Below, in pieces: positions 1 to 8,722 of a stretch of DNA of 15,694 bases. Under the pieces are notes generated by a model. It searched no databases. It was given only the letters and a program-made list of their open reading frames with translations, and was not told the origin of the DNA. This DNA comes from an uncultured delta proteobacterium (GTDB lineage Bacteria > Desulfobacterota > Binatia > UBA9968), in assembly GCA_963755715.1 (NCBI GenBank), contig CAVWLW010000060.1:1-15694 (forward strand), in the 5' to 3' direction. Position numbers and translations under genes: made by a program. How positions within the stretch are numbered: the stretch's first letter is position 1; each line of letters starts with the position of its first letter.

Positions 1-861
1 ATGGCGGAGCGACGGGCGGGGAAAAATCTCGCCGATGTCATCGGACTAGGCACTTCGAACTATCGAATCCTACATCTGCAAGCAAAGATGCTCGAACCGA
101 TTCAGCCGGCGCTGATGCTTCCCGAAGTCACCGACGAGTCCCGTTGGTTCGGCGGCAAGCATCGCTATCTCGATCCCGATGGCAAGTACGTCTTCGCCTA
201 CCTGGCCAACGCAAGTTATGCGCAGCTTTACTACAACACGACTCTGATAAATCCGAAGGAGTTCAGTTCTTATTACGATCTGTTAAAACCAAAATGGAAC
301 GGCAAGATTGTCGCCTTGGATCCGCGATCCAAAACCGAGATGGGCGGCACGATGCAGTTCCTCTATTACAATCCGGAATTGGGTCCGGCATTCATCAAAC
401 AATTCTTTGGCAACAAAGCAATCACTTTCAGCCGCGATGCGCGTCAAATGATCGACTGGCTCGGCCAAGGGAAGTTTGCAATCTGTTTCGGCTGTTCCGG
501 CGCGCTCAAGGCGAAGAATCAGGGATTGCCGATCGAAATCTTCGAGACCAGTCGATGGAAAGAGGGAGGGACCTTCTCGGTGGGAGGCGGCACGCTCTCG
601 CTTCCGAACCAATCCCCTCATCCGAACGCGGCAAAAGTTTTCATCAATTGGTATCTCTCGCGCAAAGGCCAGATGGCGTTGCAGAAGCTCGGCGATCCGG
701 ACGAGCCGCCCAATTCCGCTCGCACGGATATTCCCAAGGACGAGGTACTTCCGCAACATAAACTCTTGGCAGGCGGACGTTACTTTGACGTTACGCAGCC
801 TCAATTCGAAGATTTAGAAATCGCATTTAAAGTCGCAGCGCAGGCGATGGAGGGAAGATGA
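1..861 (+). CDS. ABC transporter extracellular solute-binding protein (Fe3+/AfuA-like family), 5'-partial
   Basis: Motifs YNTTLINP, DLLKPKWNGKI and SPHPNAAKVFINWYLSRKGQ. It aligns by eye with the paralog at 6956-7984, where the first residues (ERRAGKNLADV) match internal EARGGRTIGDV, so the true start is upstream of the window. Confidence 0.85.
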   Translation: MAERRAGKNLADVIGLGTSNYRILHLQAKMLEPIQPALMLPEVTDESRWFGGKHRYLDPDGKYVFAYLANASYAQLYYNTTLINPKEFSSYYDLLKPKWNGKIVALDPRSKTEMGGTMQFLYYNPELGPAFIKQFFGNKAITFSRDARQMIDWLGQGKFAICFGCSGALKAKNQGLPIEIFETSRWKEGGTFSVGGGTLSLPNQSPHPNAAKVFINWYLSRKGQMALQKLGDPDEPPNSARTDIPKDEVLPQHKLLAGGRYFDVTQPQFEDLEIAFKVAAQAMEGR

Positions 862-1913
862 AGCTACGCATCGTTAATATCGGAATCGTGGTGGCCGTTG
901 TTTCTGCTTTTGCCGCCAACAACACCTCGGCACAGGAAGCACGGTCCAAACGAAACTTCGAGGCGGAGATCCAGGCCGCGCTCGAGTCGGCCAAGACCGC
1001 GGCCGGGTTCGAACACCTCGGCACTTTGGTGCGGACGTGTCTCTTGCCGCAGAGCGGCGGCGAAAACTTGAGCGACAACGTGCCGGCCTACGTCACGAAC
1101 CCCGCCAGCGCGCCGGCGCGCGATACTTGGTACGCCGCGCCCGCCAAAGTCTTTGACAATCTCTACTTCGTCGGCGGCAAGCTGCACTCATCCTGGGCGT
1201 TGACGACGAAGGAAGGGATTATCCTCATCGACACGATCTATCCCTACAACTCCGAGGAATTGGTCATCGGCGGGATGAAGAAGCTTGGCCTCGACCCGAA
1301 GAACATCAAGTACGTTCTCATCTCTCACGCCCATGCGGATCACATCGGCGGCGCCGAGATGCTGCAGACTCGGTACAAGGCACGAGTCGTCATGGGCGGG
1401 CCCGATTGGGATTGGGTTGAGAAGTATCCGAACCGTTACAAGACGATGGCGCCGAAGCGCGACATCGTCGCCACCGACGGCATGAAGATCACGCTCGGCG
1501 GCACAACCGTGACGATCTGGCTCACGCCTGGCCATACGCCGGGCACGATGTCTTACACTTTTACCGTGTTAGATCGCGGCAAGCCGGTCAACGTGGCTTA
1601 TTCGGGCGGCACCGCTTTCAATTTCGTCAACAACACACCCGATCCGGGTATCAAGAATTTCCAGACCTACATCGACTCGCAGAAGCACATGGCCGAAAAA
1701 GCCGCCGCTACCGGCGCAACCGTCCTGCTCTCGAACCACTCGGAGTTCGACAATGCGTTCAACAAGAACAGAATGCTCGCCGGGCGCGGCAAAGGTCCGC
1801 ATCCATACGAAATCGGCGCCGATTGGGTCCAGCGCTATTTCCAGGTCATGCAAGGTTGCGCGCGGGCAGCGCAGTTGAGGCTGGAGCAGAAAGTGGCGGA
1901 AGGAATGCCGTAA
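858..1913 (+). CDS. Secreted MBL-fold metallo-hydrolase, subclass B3 metallo-beta-lactamase-like
   Basis: Signal peptide; HAHADH (HxHxDH), TPGHTPG and a C-terminal LSNH zinc-ligand pattern; KVFDNLYFVG strand. ATGA overlap with the upstream stop. Confidence 0.88.
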   Translation: MKLRIVNIGIVVAVVSAFAANNTSAQEARSKRNFEAEIQAALESAKTAAGFEHLGTLVRTCLLPQSGGENLSDNVPAYVTNPASAPARDTWYAAPAKVFDNLYFVGGKLHSSWALTTKEGIILIDTIYPYNSEELVIGGMKKLGLDPKNIKYVLISHAHADHIGGAEMLQTRYKARVVMGGPDWDWVEKYPNRYKTMAPKRDIVATDGMKITLGGTTVTIWLTPGHTPGTMSYTFTVLDRGKPVNVAYSGGTAFNFVNNTPDPGIKNFQTYIDSQKHMAEKAAATGATVLLSNHSEFDNAFNKNRMLAGRGKGPHPYEIGADWVQRYFQVMQGCARAAQLRLEQKVAEGMP

Positions 1914-1979
1914 GCAGGATTTTTTTAGCAATCTATAAGAATGATCTTGGCAGCGGCGATCTGCGCAAAAGTCGCGCAT

Positions 1980-2047
1980 TGTCATTTCGAACGAAGCGAG
2001 AGATCTTTCCGAGGAAAGATTTCTCGGCGTAGTCTATCCGAAATGTC
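1980..2047. repeat. REP-like palindromic element (GTCAT family) between convergent genes; possible bidirectional terminator
   Basis: Inner hairpin CGAGAGATCTTTCC-GA-GGAAAGATTTCTCG (1997-2026); outer arms GTCATTTCG/CGAAATGTC. The left arm recurs inverted at 8061-8090. Confidence 0.7.
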
Positions 2048-2092
2048 GAGATGCACGTCGGGAATTTTTTCGAAGGACGTTAGTGTTTTTTA

Positions 2093-2972
2093 TCAGGCTG
2101 TCGTCACACGGACTTCGACTATCGAAGCTGGATCGAGTTCTTTTGCCCTCGGATCTTGCAGCGCCACTTCCTCCAGGATGGAGCTGATCGAACTTAACGA
2201 TGGCGTCAGCGAAGGTTCTAAAAGTTCTGCGAAGAGTTTGTAACAATTCTCGATCACCTGCGGCTTATCGGCCAGAGCCGGAAGCCGGCGGCTGATTTCA
2301 GCGATCGTTTCTTTTGGTTGGGTTTTGAAGAGCTGAATGCTTTCGCGATAAATCGCGCAGATTTTTGTGACCAGCTCGCGGTTGTCGCGGAGAAAACGCC
2401 GCGTCGTCGCCAGCGGCACCCAGTGACAATCTAACGAGAGGCTGTCCGCGATCACGCGAAATCCCTCGCGTCTCAGCCAAAAATGCTTTTTCCGGCGGCA
2501 AGAGCGCGGCGTCGATTTGTTTTTCGATCAGCGCTTCAAAACTTCGATCGTTGATGCCGAGATCGACAAGCTTGAGATCGGTTTCGATCGCCAATCCCCA
2601 TTTTCTTAACAGCGCGAGCATCATCATGCCGGCCATGCGGCGCGGCTGATTGATGCCGACGCGCTTTCCTTTGAGGTCTGCGACGGTCGCGATCGTCGGT
2701 CGACGGCAAGATAAAAAGCCGGACGGTTCAGAAGCCCGCCGACGATGACGATGTCGCTGCCTTCGAGCGACGGAGAAAATTAATGACGGCGCGTTGGGCG
2801 TGCCGATCGGCGTACGTCCAGAGACGATATCAGGAACCGCTTTCTCTTCGTCTTTCTGATTGACGACCTCGACATTCAGATGCTCCCTTTCGAAAAGACC
2901 CGCCGCTTGCGCGATATACGGAGGAAAGCGGCCGATGCTCGGAACGCCGATGCCGATTTTGATTGGATCCAT
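2093..2972 (-). CDS. NMT1/THI5/TauA-like ABC substrate-binding protein, frameshifted (three apparent indels)
   Basis: Reconstructed MDPIKIGIG...SLIFS / LEGSDIVIVGGLLNRPAFYLAV / PTIATVADLKGKRVGI...AFLAE / GFRVIADSL...SIVEVRVTTA. Shifts near 2770, 2700 and 2468; similar to the paralogs at 4777 and 5836. Confidence 0.75.
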
Positions 2973-3068
2973 CAGGAATTTAATCCTTCAGCAAAATTTT
3001 TCTGCTTCAATCTCTGTGGGTCGATTCCGCGCGGCTTGCTGCGTTAAACCAGTTTTCTTTCCGAAATC

Positions 3069-3145
3069 CGTCATTCCCGCATGTTTTAAGCGGGAATCCA
3101 GGCGAGTCCGGAAATGGACCCCCGATAAAAACTTCGGGGGTGACG
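3069..3145. repeat. REP-like doublet (GTCATTCCCGC...GCGGGAATCCA / TGGACCCCCGA...TCGGGGGTGAC)
   Basis: Two small hairpins arranged as an inverted pair, bounded by CGTCA/TGACG. Confidence 0.7.
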
Positions 3146-3178
3146 CCTGTGAAAGAGTTCTCAGGGCGTCCTTCTGAT

Positions 3179-3200
3179 ACCCCGCAGCTAGCTGCGGGGT
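3179..3200. repeat. Perfect 22-bp palindrome ACCCCGCAGCTAGCTGCGGGGT (REP/MITE-like, possible terminator)
   Basis: The sequence equals its own reverse complement; intergenic. Confidence 0.7.
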
Positions 3201-3203
3201 GGC

Positions 3204-3254
3204 TCATTCTTCAATGATGGAGCCGTCGACAAACTCTTTCGGGTCGCGGGGCAT
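3204..3254 (-). pseudogene. Remnant C-terminal fragment of an NMT1-type substrate-binding protein gene
   Basis: PRDPKEFVDGSIIEE matches KRDPKEFVDSSIMDR of the 5836-6828 gene; 30/35 nt identical (3214-3248 vs 5882-5916). Confidence 0.6.
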
Positions 3255-3310
3255 TATGGATTCCAGCCAAACAGATTTGATAGCCGATCTCTCAGTCGTG
3301 AGCGATGCTA

Positions 3311-4748
3311 TCAAGAGCGATGGGCGACATTGCGCTTTATATATTGCCCGACGGAAGCGTCGGTAACTTTCGCGCGTGGTTCGTTCTCCGGCCATTCCAT
3401 GACGACGTTGCCGCGAACCAGTGTCATGACCGGCCAGCCGGTGACTTCCCAGCCTTCGTAGATCGACCACGGCGTTATCGTGTGGAGAAGCTCCTTGGTG
3501 ATTTTCGCGCGCCGTTTCAAGTCGACGACGACTAAGTCGGCGTCGGCGCCGGGGAGGATCGCGCCTTTCTTCGGGTAAAGTCCGAAGATCCGCGCCGGAT
3601 TTTCACTGGCGACCTGGGCAAGCCGTTCTATCGTGATACGCCCCTTGTTCACGCCTTCGCTCAGCATCATCGGCAACATCCCCTCGATCCGCGAGGGAAA
3701 GCCGCTGATGGTGGTCCAGACATTGCCGGTTTCCATCGATTCGCGGGTTCTCGTGTGCGCGACGTGGTCGCTGCCGATGCAATCGATCGCGCCTGAAGCG
3801 AGCGCGTGCCACAGCGTCTCGTGCGTTGCGCGATCGCGCAGCGGCACGTTGATCTTCCACGCGTCCTTGTGCAGGACGAGATAGTGCGTGCCGATTTCGC
3901 TATAGACCGTCAGCCCTTCGGCTTTTGCCTTTTCGATTTCCGCAATTGTTTCTCGGGTCGTCACATGAACGATATAGATCGGACAGCCCGCGACCCTGGC
4001 ATAATAAAGGTAGGTTCTCGCATGCCCCGCTTCGGTGAACGCCGGCGAGCGATCATCCCAAGCGCCCATGTCCGTGCGACCCGCCGCCATCAGACGTTCT
4101 TGGAGGACGCGGGCAATCTCCCAGTTCTCGCAGTGGAGCAGCGCGATGGCCGGCGCGCCGAGCTTGGCGACGGCATCGAAGACGGCGTAAATGCTGCCGT
4201 CGTCAAACGAGTACGCCGGCCAGGAAGATTTCCACGGCCCCTGCATTTGCAAGTGCAATTTAAACGAACTGATCCCGTGTTCCTTGGCCAAGTACGGAAT
4301 CTCTGCCCACATGCTCGTCGGTGCCGAGGATCGGCGTCAGAAAAAAGTCTATTGCCGCGGCGCGCGACGCTTCATAATAGAGCGGCATCGCCCGAGTGAA
4401 TGACGGGATGTCCGCCGGTCCCTTGACCTTCTCCGCGCCGCCCGTGATCGCGAGGCTGACGAGCTGCATTCCCCAGGTGGTCACCCCGGCCGCCGCTGCC
4501 GCGCGGGTCTCGGAATAGAAATCATCGGCGAGCGGACGATGGCTGCCCAAATGGCACTCCGGGTCGATGACGCCAGGTAGAAGATAATTGCCGGCGAGAT
4601 CGATTTCACGCTTCGCGGCCGGCAGAAACGCGTCGCCGCCCACGGCGGCGATCTTGCCGTCGAGAATCGCGACACCGCCTTCGATGGTGCCGGCTGGCGT
4701 GACGATCAAGCCGTTTTTAAAAACAATGTCCGCAGGGTTAGTCGCCAT
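3311..4748 (-). CDS. Cyclic amidohydrolase (dihydroorotase/allantoinase/hydantoinase family), one apparent frameshift
   Basis: PGVIDPECH, AAAAAGVTT, SSFKL (carbamylated-Lys position), LHCEN, IVHVTT, IGSDH, NPARIFGLYPKKG and GADADLVV. Removing one C at 4306-4308 joins the two ORFs into ~478 aa. Confidence 0.85.
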
Positions 4749-4776
4749 GTTTGAATCCGCCAGATCTTTCGTTAGC

Positions 4777-5763
4777 TTACTTTCTTGCTTCCGCCAGATA
4801 GCTCAAGTCGATTACGCCGTCCACCGGCGGGGGAGTCTTTTGCAAGCCGAAGTCTTTCCAGTTCTCCGCGACTTTGCGCGCGCCTTGCACGTCAATGCCG
4901 CCGTCCCGCGGTATGGTTTTTTGGGTTTTCATATACAGCGCGTAAGTTTTTTCGGCTTCGTCTTTCTCGGCTTTGGTGCGATCGGCCAGCGCGCGCACCG
5001 CGGCCTCCTTGTTTTTCGGGTCGTAGAAAAACTCGCAGGCTTTTACGTAGGCGCGCAGAAAGCGCACCACAAGGGGGCGGTTTTTTTGCGCCCAGTCGCG
5101 GCGCGCGCCGGTAATCGTATACTGAAAGTTGTCGACATAGTCGGTCGAGAGTCCGAGCGAGCTGAAGCCGGACGCAAGCGCGATGAAATCCGAAGGCTGG
5201 TTGATCAGCGCGCCTGCCACGCCTCGGTTTTGCACAGCGGCCAAACGCTGGGGCGCGCCGCCGAGGCCGATCATTTCATAGTCATTGGGCGCGAGGCCGT
5301 TAGCGGCCAACATCCGCGTGAGAATATAATTCAGCGGGTCCGTCGGCCCCGTTATCGCCAGCCGTTTTCCCTTTAAGTCGGCGTAGCTCTTGATGGACGA
5401 ATGCACGATCAAGGTGTAGATCGGCACCGTAGAGTCGCCGCCGATCACGATGAGATCGGCGCCGGCCGAGTTGGCGGCGAGCAGGTTCACCAAATTCATT
5501 TGAGCGATATCCGTCGAACCGGCAACCAGCGCTTGCGTGGTGGCGGTGGTGTTGCCGCCGATGACCCGCTTGAAGTCGATGCCTTCCCTTTGGAAAAAAC
5601 CTTCCTGCTCGGCGATCAAGAAAGGCCAAGTGGAAGCGGTCAGGACGATGTTGCCGTAATTGATCGGTGTGAGTTTCGGATTTTGCTGCGCTTGAGTTCG
5701 ATTGGTAACGATCAGGAGCAGAAGCAGCGTAATCCAAGCACGGAGCCTAAGAGCGCAATGCAT
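4777..5763 (-). CDS. NMT1/THI5/TauA-like ABC substrate-binding protein
   Basis: Signal peptide; IAEQEGFFQREGI and SIKSYADLKGKRLAI; GAGGAG RBS upstream. Confidence 0.88.
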   Translation of the reverse strand: MHCALRLRAWITLLLLLIVTNRTQAQQNPKLTPINYGNIVLTASTWPFLIAEQEGFFQREGIDFKRVIGGNTTATTQALVAGSTDIAQMNLVNLLAANSAGADLIVIGGDSTVPIYTLIVHSSIKSYADLKGKRLAITGPTDPLNYILTRMLAANGLAPNDYEMIGLGGAPQRLAAVQNRGVAGALINQPSDFIALASGFSSLGLSTDYVDNFQYTITGARRDWAQKNRPLVVRFLRAYVKACEFFYDPKNKEAAVRALADRTKAEKDEAEKTYALYMKTQKTIPRDGGIDVQGARKVAENWKDFGLQKTPPPVDGVIDLSYLAEARK

Positions 5764-5835
5764 CGTCGGATCTCCTCTCGTCGTTGGACGATTCGAGTGT
5801 CACGGAGCGGGCTCTTATTTCAAAGCGCGATATTA

Positions 5836-6828
5836 CTAATACTTCAATCCTTCCACAAACCGTTCGTTTTTCAGCCGGTCCATGATCGAGCTGTCGACGA
5901 ATTCCTTCGGGTCGCGCTTCGGCGCGTCGGGGTATTCTTTGCCGAAGTTTTCCAGGATCAGCTTGGTGCCTTCGAGCGTCGGCGCGATGTAATCCGGCAT
6001 CAGCGACGCGACGAAGTCGAACTCCGTGGCGGCGAGTTTGGCATCGTTGATCTTCATGTACTTGCTGATGATCCGTTCGCTGTCGGCGCGGTTGCGCTTG
6101 AGGTAGACGATCGCCTCGGTGCCGCATTTCATGTAACGATAGGCGAGCTCGCGATTCTTATTGAGCCAACCTTCGTCGACGACCACGGAAGTCCAGGGAA
6201 ACGGTATCGCCATCTGCTGCGCGGTTGCGAGCACGCGAAAGCCGAGCGCGCGGGCACTGTCTGTCGCCGCAGCGCCGAGAAAAGTGTATTGGATCGTGCC
6301 GGCTTTCATCGCGGCCACACGGCTCGAGTCGCCGCCCATCTGCAGCATCTTCAAGTCGCGGTCGACGTTCAGATTGTTTTTTCGGAACAGATAACGAAAG
6401 CCCTGGTCGGTGGAGGAACCGAAGCGTGAAATGCCGGCGAGTTTTCCGGCGAGGTCGGGGATGGCTTTGATGTCGGGGTGCACGACGAGGTTCGATGCGA
6501 GCCACGGCAGCGGATTGCCGAGGATCGTGAGCTTGATGCCGCGCAGGCGCGCTTCGATCGACACCGGGCCGCCGCCGGCGATCTGCACGCTGCCGCCGAC
6601 CAGCGCGGCGATATTCATGGTGCCGCTGTTGATGTAAAGCAACTCGCCCTCGAGCCCGTGCTTGGCAAAGAAATTCTTCTCTTGCGCGACCCAGAGAAAA
6701 GCTTGAGTGGCGTTAACGGCAGAATAGGAAATGCGCAGCTTGTCGGCGGCGTCAAGCTCCGCGCAAGAATAACCCTGTGTGAAGAACAGCGCGAAAAAAA
6801 ACGAAATGAGAGCTTTCATTTTCTTCAT
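5836..6828 (-). CDS. NMT1/THI5/TauA-like ABC substrate-binding protein
   Basis: Start moved to MKKMKAL (6828), which gives a normal signal peptide; WVAQEKNFFAKHGL and DLAGKLAGISRFGSSTD. Confidence 0.88.
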   Translation of the reverse strand: MKKMKALISFFFALFFTQGYSCAELDAADKLRISYSAVNATQAFLWVAQEKNFFAKHGLEGELLYINSGTMNIAALVGGSVQIAGGGPVSIEARLRGIKLTILGNPLPWLASNLVVHPDIKAIPDLAGKLAGISRFGSSTDQGFRYLFRKNNLNVDRDLKMLQMGGDSSRVAAMKAGTIQYTFLGAAATDSARALGFRVLATAQQMAIPFPWTSVVVDEGWLNKNRELAYRYMKCGTEAIVYLKRNRADSERIISKYMKINDAKLAATEFDFVASLMPDYIAPTLEGTKLILENFGKEYPDAPKRDPKEFVDSSIMDRLKNERFVEGLKY

Positions 6829-6837
6829 GGTACGGGA

Positions 6838-6866
6838 CTGATACAGGGATCGAGGCTTGGCGTCAA
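6838..6866 (-). promoter_or_regulatory. Putative sigma70 promoter TTGACG-N17-TATCAG
   Basis: Lies 9 nt before the ATG at 6828, implying a very short leader and supporting that start. Confidence 0.45.
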
Positions 6867-6897
6867 GCCGTGCTATTGCTCGGCTGAGTCTCATTTC

Positions 6898-6927
6898 TTG
6901 ACAACTCGAATAGCGCTTTGTTACGAA
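6898..6927 (+). promoter_or_regulatory. Putative divergent sigma70 promoter TTGACA-N18-TACGAA with extended TG
   Basis: Perfect -35 and weak -10, upstream of the GGAGG RBS of the 6956 gene. Confidence 0.35.
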
Positions 6928-6955
6928 GGAATACCCTTGAGAATCCGGAGGTCCA

Positions 6956-7984
6956 ATGCTGTCAAACGGCGAAGCCTCGGTGCGAAGTATTTGTTGTCTC
7001 GTAGTTCTGTGCGCGGCGGTTTTTTCCCTCGCGCTCTCCGGTCATGCCCAGAGCATCGACGACACTTACAAGCAGGCCTTGAAGGAAGGCGGCACGCTGA
7101 ACGTCTATGGCACTTTGACGCCGGATACTGCAGTGAAAGTTTTGCCGGTGTTCGAAAAACGCTTTCCCGGGATCAAGACGGTCAACACCGGCGCGAGCTC
7201 CGATAAGATCGTGGCGCGGGCGATCTCCGAAGCGCGGGGAGGCAGAACCATCGGCGACGTGTTTCACATGAACCTCGAAAACGTCATGCAGGTGCATGAA
7301 CAAGGTCTGGTGCTTGAAAAGCTGCCGCCGGAAGCCGACGCATACGCGAGCCATCTCAAAGGTTCTTACTGGCTGGCGACGCGTTTCAATACTTTGGTGG
7401 TGGCCTGGAACACACAGTTGGTCAGCAAAGCGGACGAGCCAAAAAGTTTCGAAGAGTTCGCCGAGCCGAAATGGAAAGGCAAGCTCCTGGCCGAGCCGCG
7501 GGACGCCGAGGTTTTGATCGCCATCGCCGAACAGAAATATAAAAGCAGCGATAAGGCGATCGCCTTGTTTAAAAGAATCGCTGCCAATGGCGTCGAGTTT
7601 CACAGCGGCCATCCGCAATTGGTGGAACTCCTCATGGCCGGGCAGGGCTCCGTTTGTCTAACCTGCTATACGCATCATCTGTTGCCGCGCATGCATAAAG
7701 GCGCGCAGCTCAATTATCTGCGCTCTCTCGGTGTCGGTTTGATCAGCGCGACGGCGGTGTTTAAAAATGCGCCGCACCCGAACACGGCGTGGTTGTTTCA
7801 TCGCTGGGCCGCTTCGGACGAAGGACAGAAAGCCTTCGGCATCGAAGGCCGCGTACCGGCAAATCCAAAAGTCGAACCCGCCGAGCCCATCGATCTCACG
7901 ACGGTTTATGGCTTGGGCGAGAAGGAATACCGCGAGTTTGCCAAATACGAAAAGATTTGGAAGCAGATCTTCAACTTGAGATAA
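6956..7984 (+). CDS. ABC transporter extracellular solute-binding protein (Fe3+/AfuA-like family)
   Basis: GGAGG RBS; signal peptide; ALKEGGTLNVYG, WNTQLV, EPKWKGKL and APHPNTAWLF. Confidence 0.88.
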   Translation: MLSNGEASVRSICCLVVLCAAVFSLALSGHAQSIDDTYKQALKEGGTLNVYGTLTPDTAVKVLPVFEKRFPGIKTVNTGASSDKIVARAISEARGGRTIGDVFHMNLENVMQVHEQGLVLEKLPPEADAYASHLKGSYWLATRFNTLVVAWNTQLVSKADEPKSFEEFAEPKWKGKLLAEPRDAEVLIAIAEQKYKSSDKAIALFKRIAANGVEFHSGHPQLVELLMAGQGSVCLTCYTHHLLPRMHKGAQLNYLRSLGVGLISATAVFKNAPHPNTAWLFHRWAASDEGQKAFGIEGRVPANPKVEPAEPIDLTTVYGLGEKEYREFAKYEKIWKQIFNLR

Positions 7985-8060
7985 GGCGTCGACGAATTGC
8001 TGAGGACGCCGCCGGTTGGCAGTTAGATGCGCATCGCGAGGAGCTCTGGCTCGATGGGCT

Positions 8061-8090
8061 CGAAAGATCTCTCACTTCGCTCGAGATGAC
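8061..8090 (-). repeat. Single arm of the GTCAT-family REP-like element
   Basis: Reverse complement GTCATCTCGAGCGAAGTGAGAGATCTTTCG is 26/30 identical to 1981-2010. Confidence 0.7.
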
Positions 8091-8197
8091 GAATCCCTCA
8101 TGTCGTTGTCGACCCTAGCGAATTCAACATAGGCCGCTATCGGAGTTTGTATTTGCGGACGGCTGCTATATTATAAGCAGATCTGAGGAGGAGAAGC

Positions 8198-8607
8198 ATG
8201 GCAACTCGTTGGTTATTTAAAACGGAACCGTAGGTTTATTCGTATCAGCAACTGGAAAAAGACAAAAGACCATGTGGGACGGCGTGGCGAACAATCTCGC
8301 GCTCAAAAATGTAAAAGACATCAAAAAAGGCGAGCAGATTTTCATTTACCATACCGGCGACGAGAAAGCCGGCGGTCGGCGTGGCCGCGCGCTCGGCGGC
8401 GCATATCCGGATCCGGAAAAGGAAGATCCCAAGCTGCTGGTCGTCGACATCGAAGCGGTACAGGCCTTGGCCAAGCCGGTGACCTTGGCGACAGTCAAAG
8501 CAGATCAAAAGCTCGCCAACTTCGATCTCGTGCGCAACTCGCGCCTGTCGATCATGAAGGTAACCGACGAGCAGTGGGAGATCATGGAAGGAATGGCGCG
8601 ACGATAG
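8198..8607 (+). CDS. EVE domain protein (PUA-like), interrupted by an in-frame TAG and indels
   Basis: GAGGAGGAG RBS then MATRWLFKTEP*VYSYQQLEKDK, joined by a one-base shift in an A-run to MWDGVANNLALKN...IYHTGDEK...AYPDP...LVRNSRLSIMKV. WLxKxEP, WDGV and RLS are EVE hallmarks. ~136 aa if repaired. Confidence 0.85.
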
Positions 8608-8722
8608 TGTGTGGTTTTAGAAACTGGCAACAGGAATGTGATCGCTGCCCGCAAGGTGAAATCGCGAACTCAAAAATGCTCTGAAACTCGCGCAAACATG
8701 ACGGCAAGGAGCGGGAGTGCTG

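Noticed and set aside
4588-6429. Long + strand ORFs (262 aa and 342 aa)
   Set aside because: Antisense shadows of the well-supported binding-protein genes in GC-rich DNA.
8231-8233. In-frame TAG in the EVE gene as pyrrolysine or readthrough
   Set aside because: Variable, non-catalytic position in a gene with several other apparent errors. A miscall (e.g. TCG or GAG) or true nonsense mutation is simpler, and there are no pyl genes in the window.
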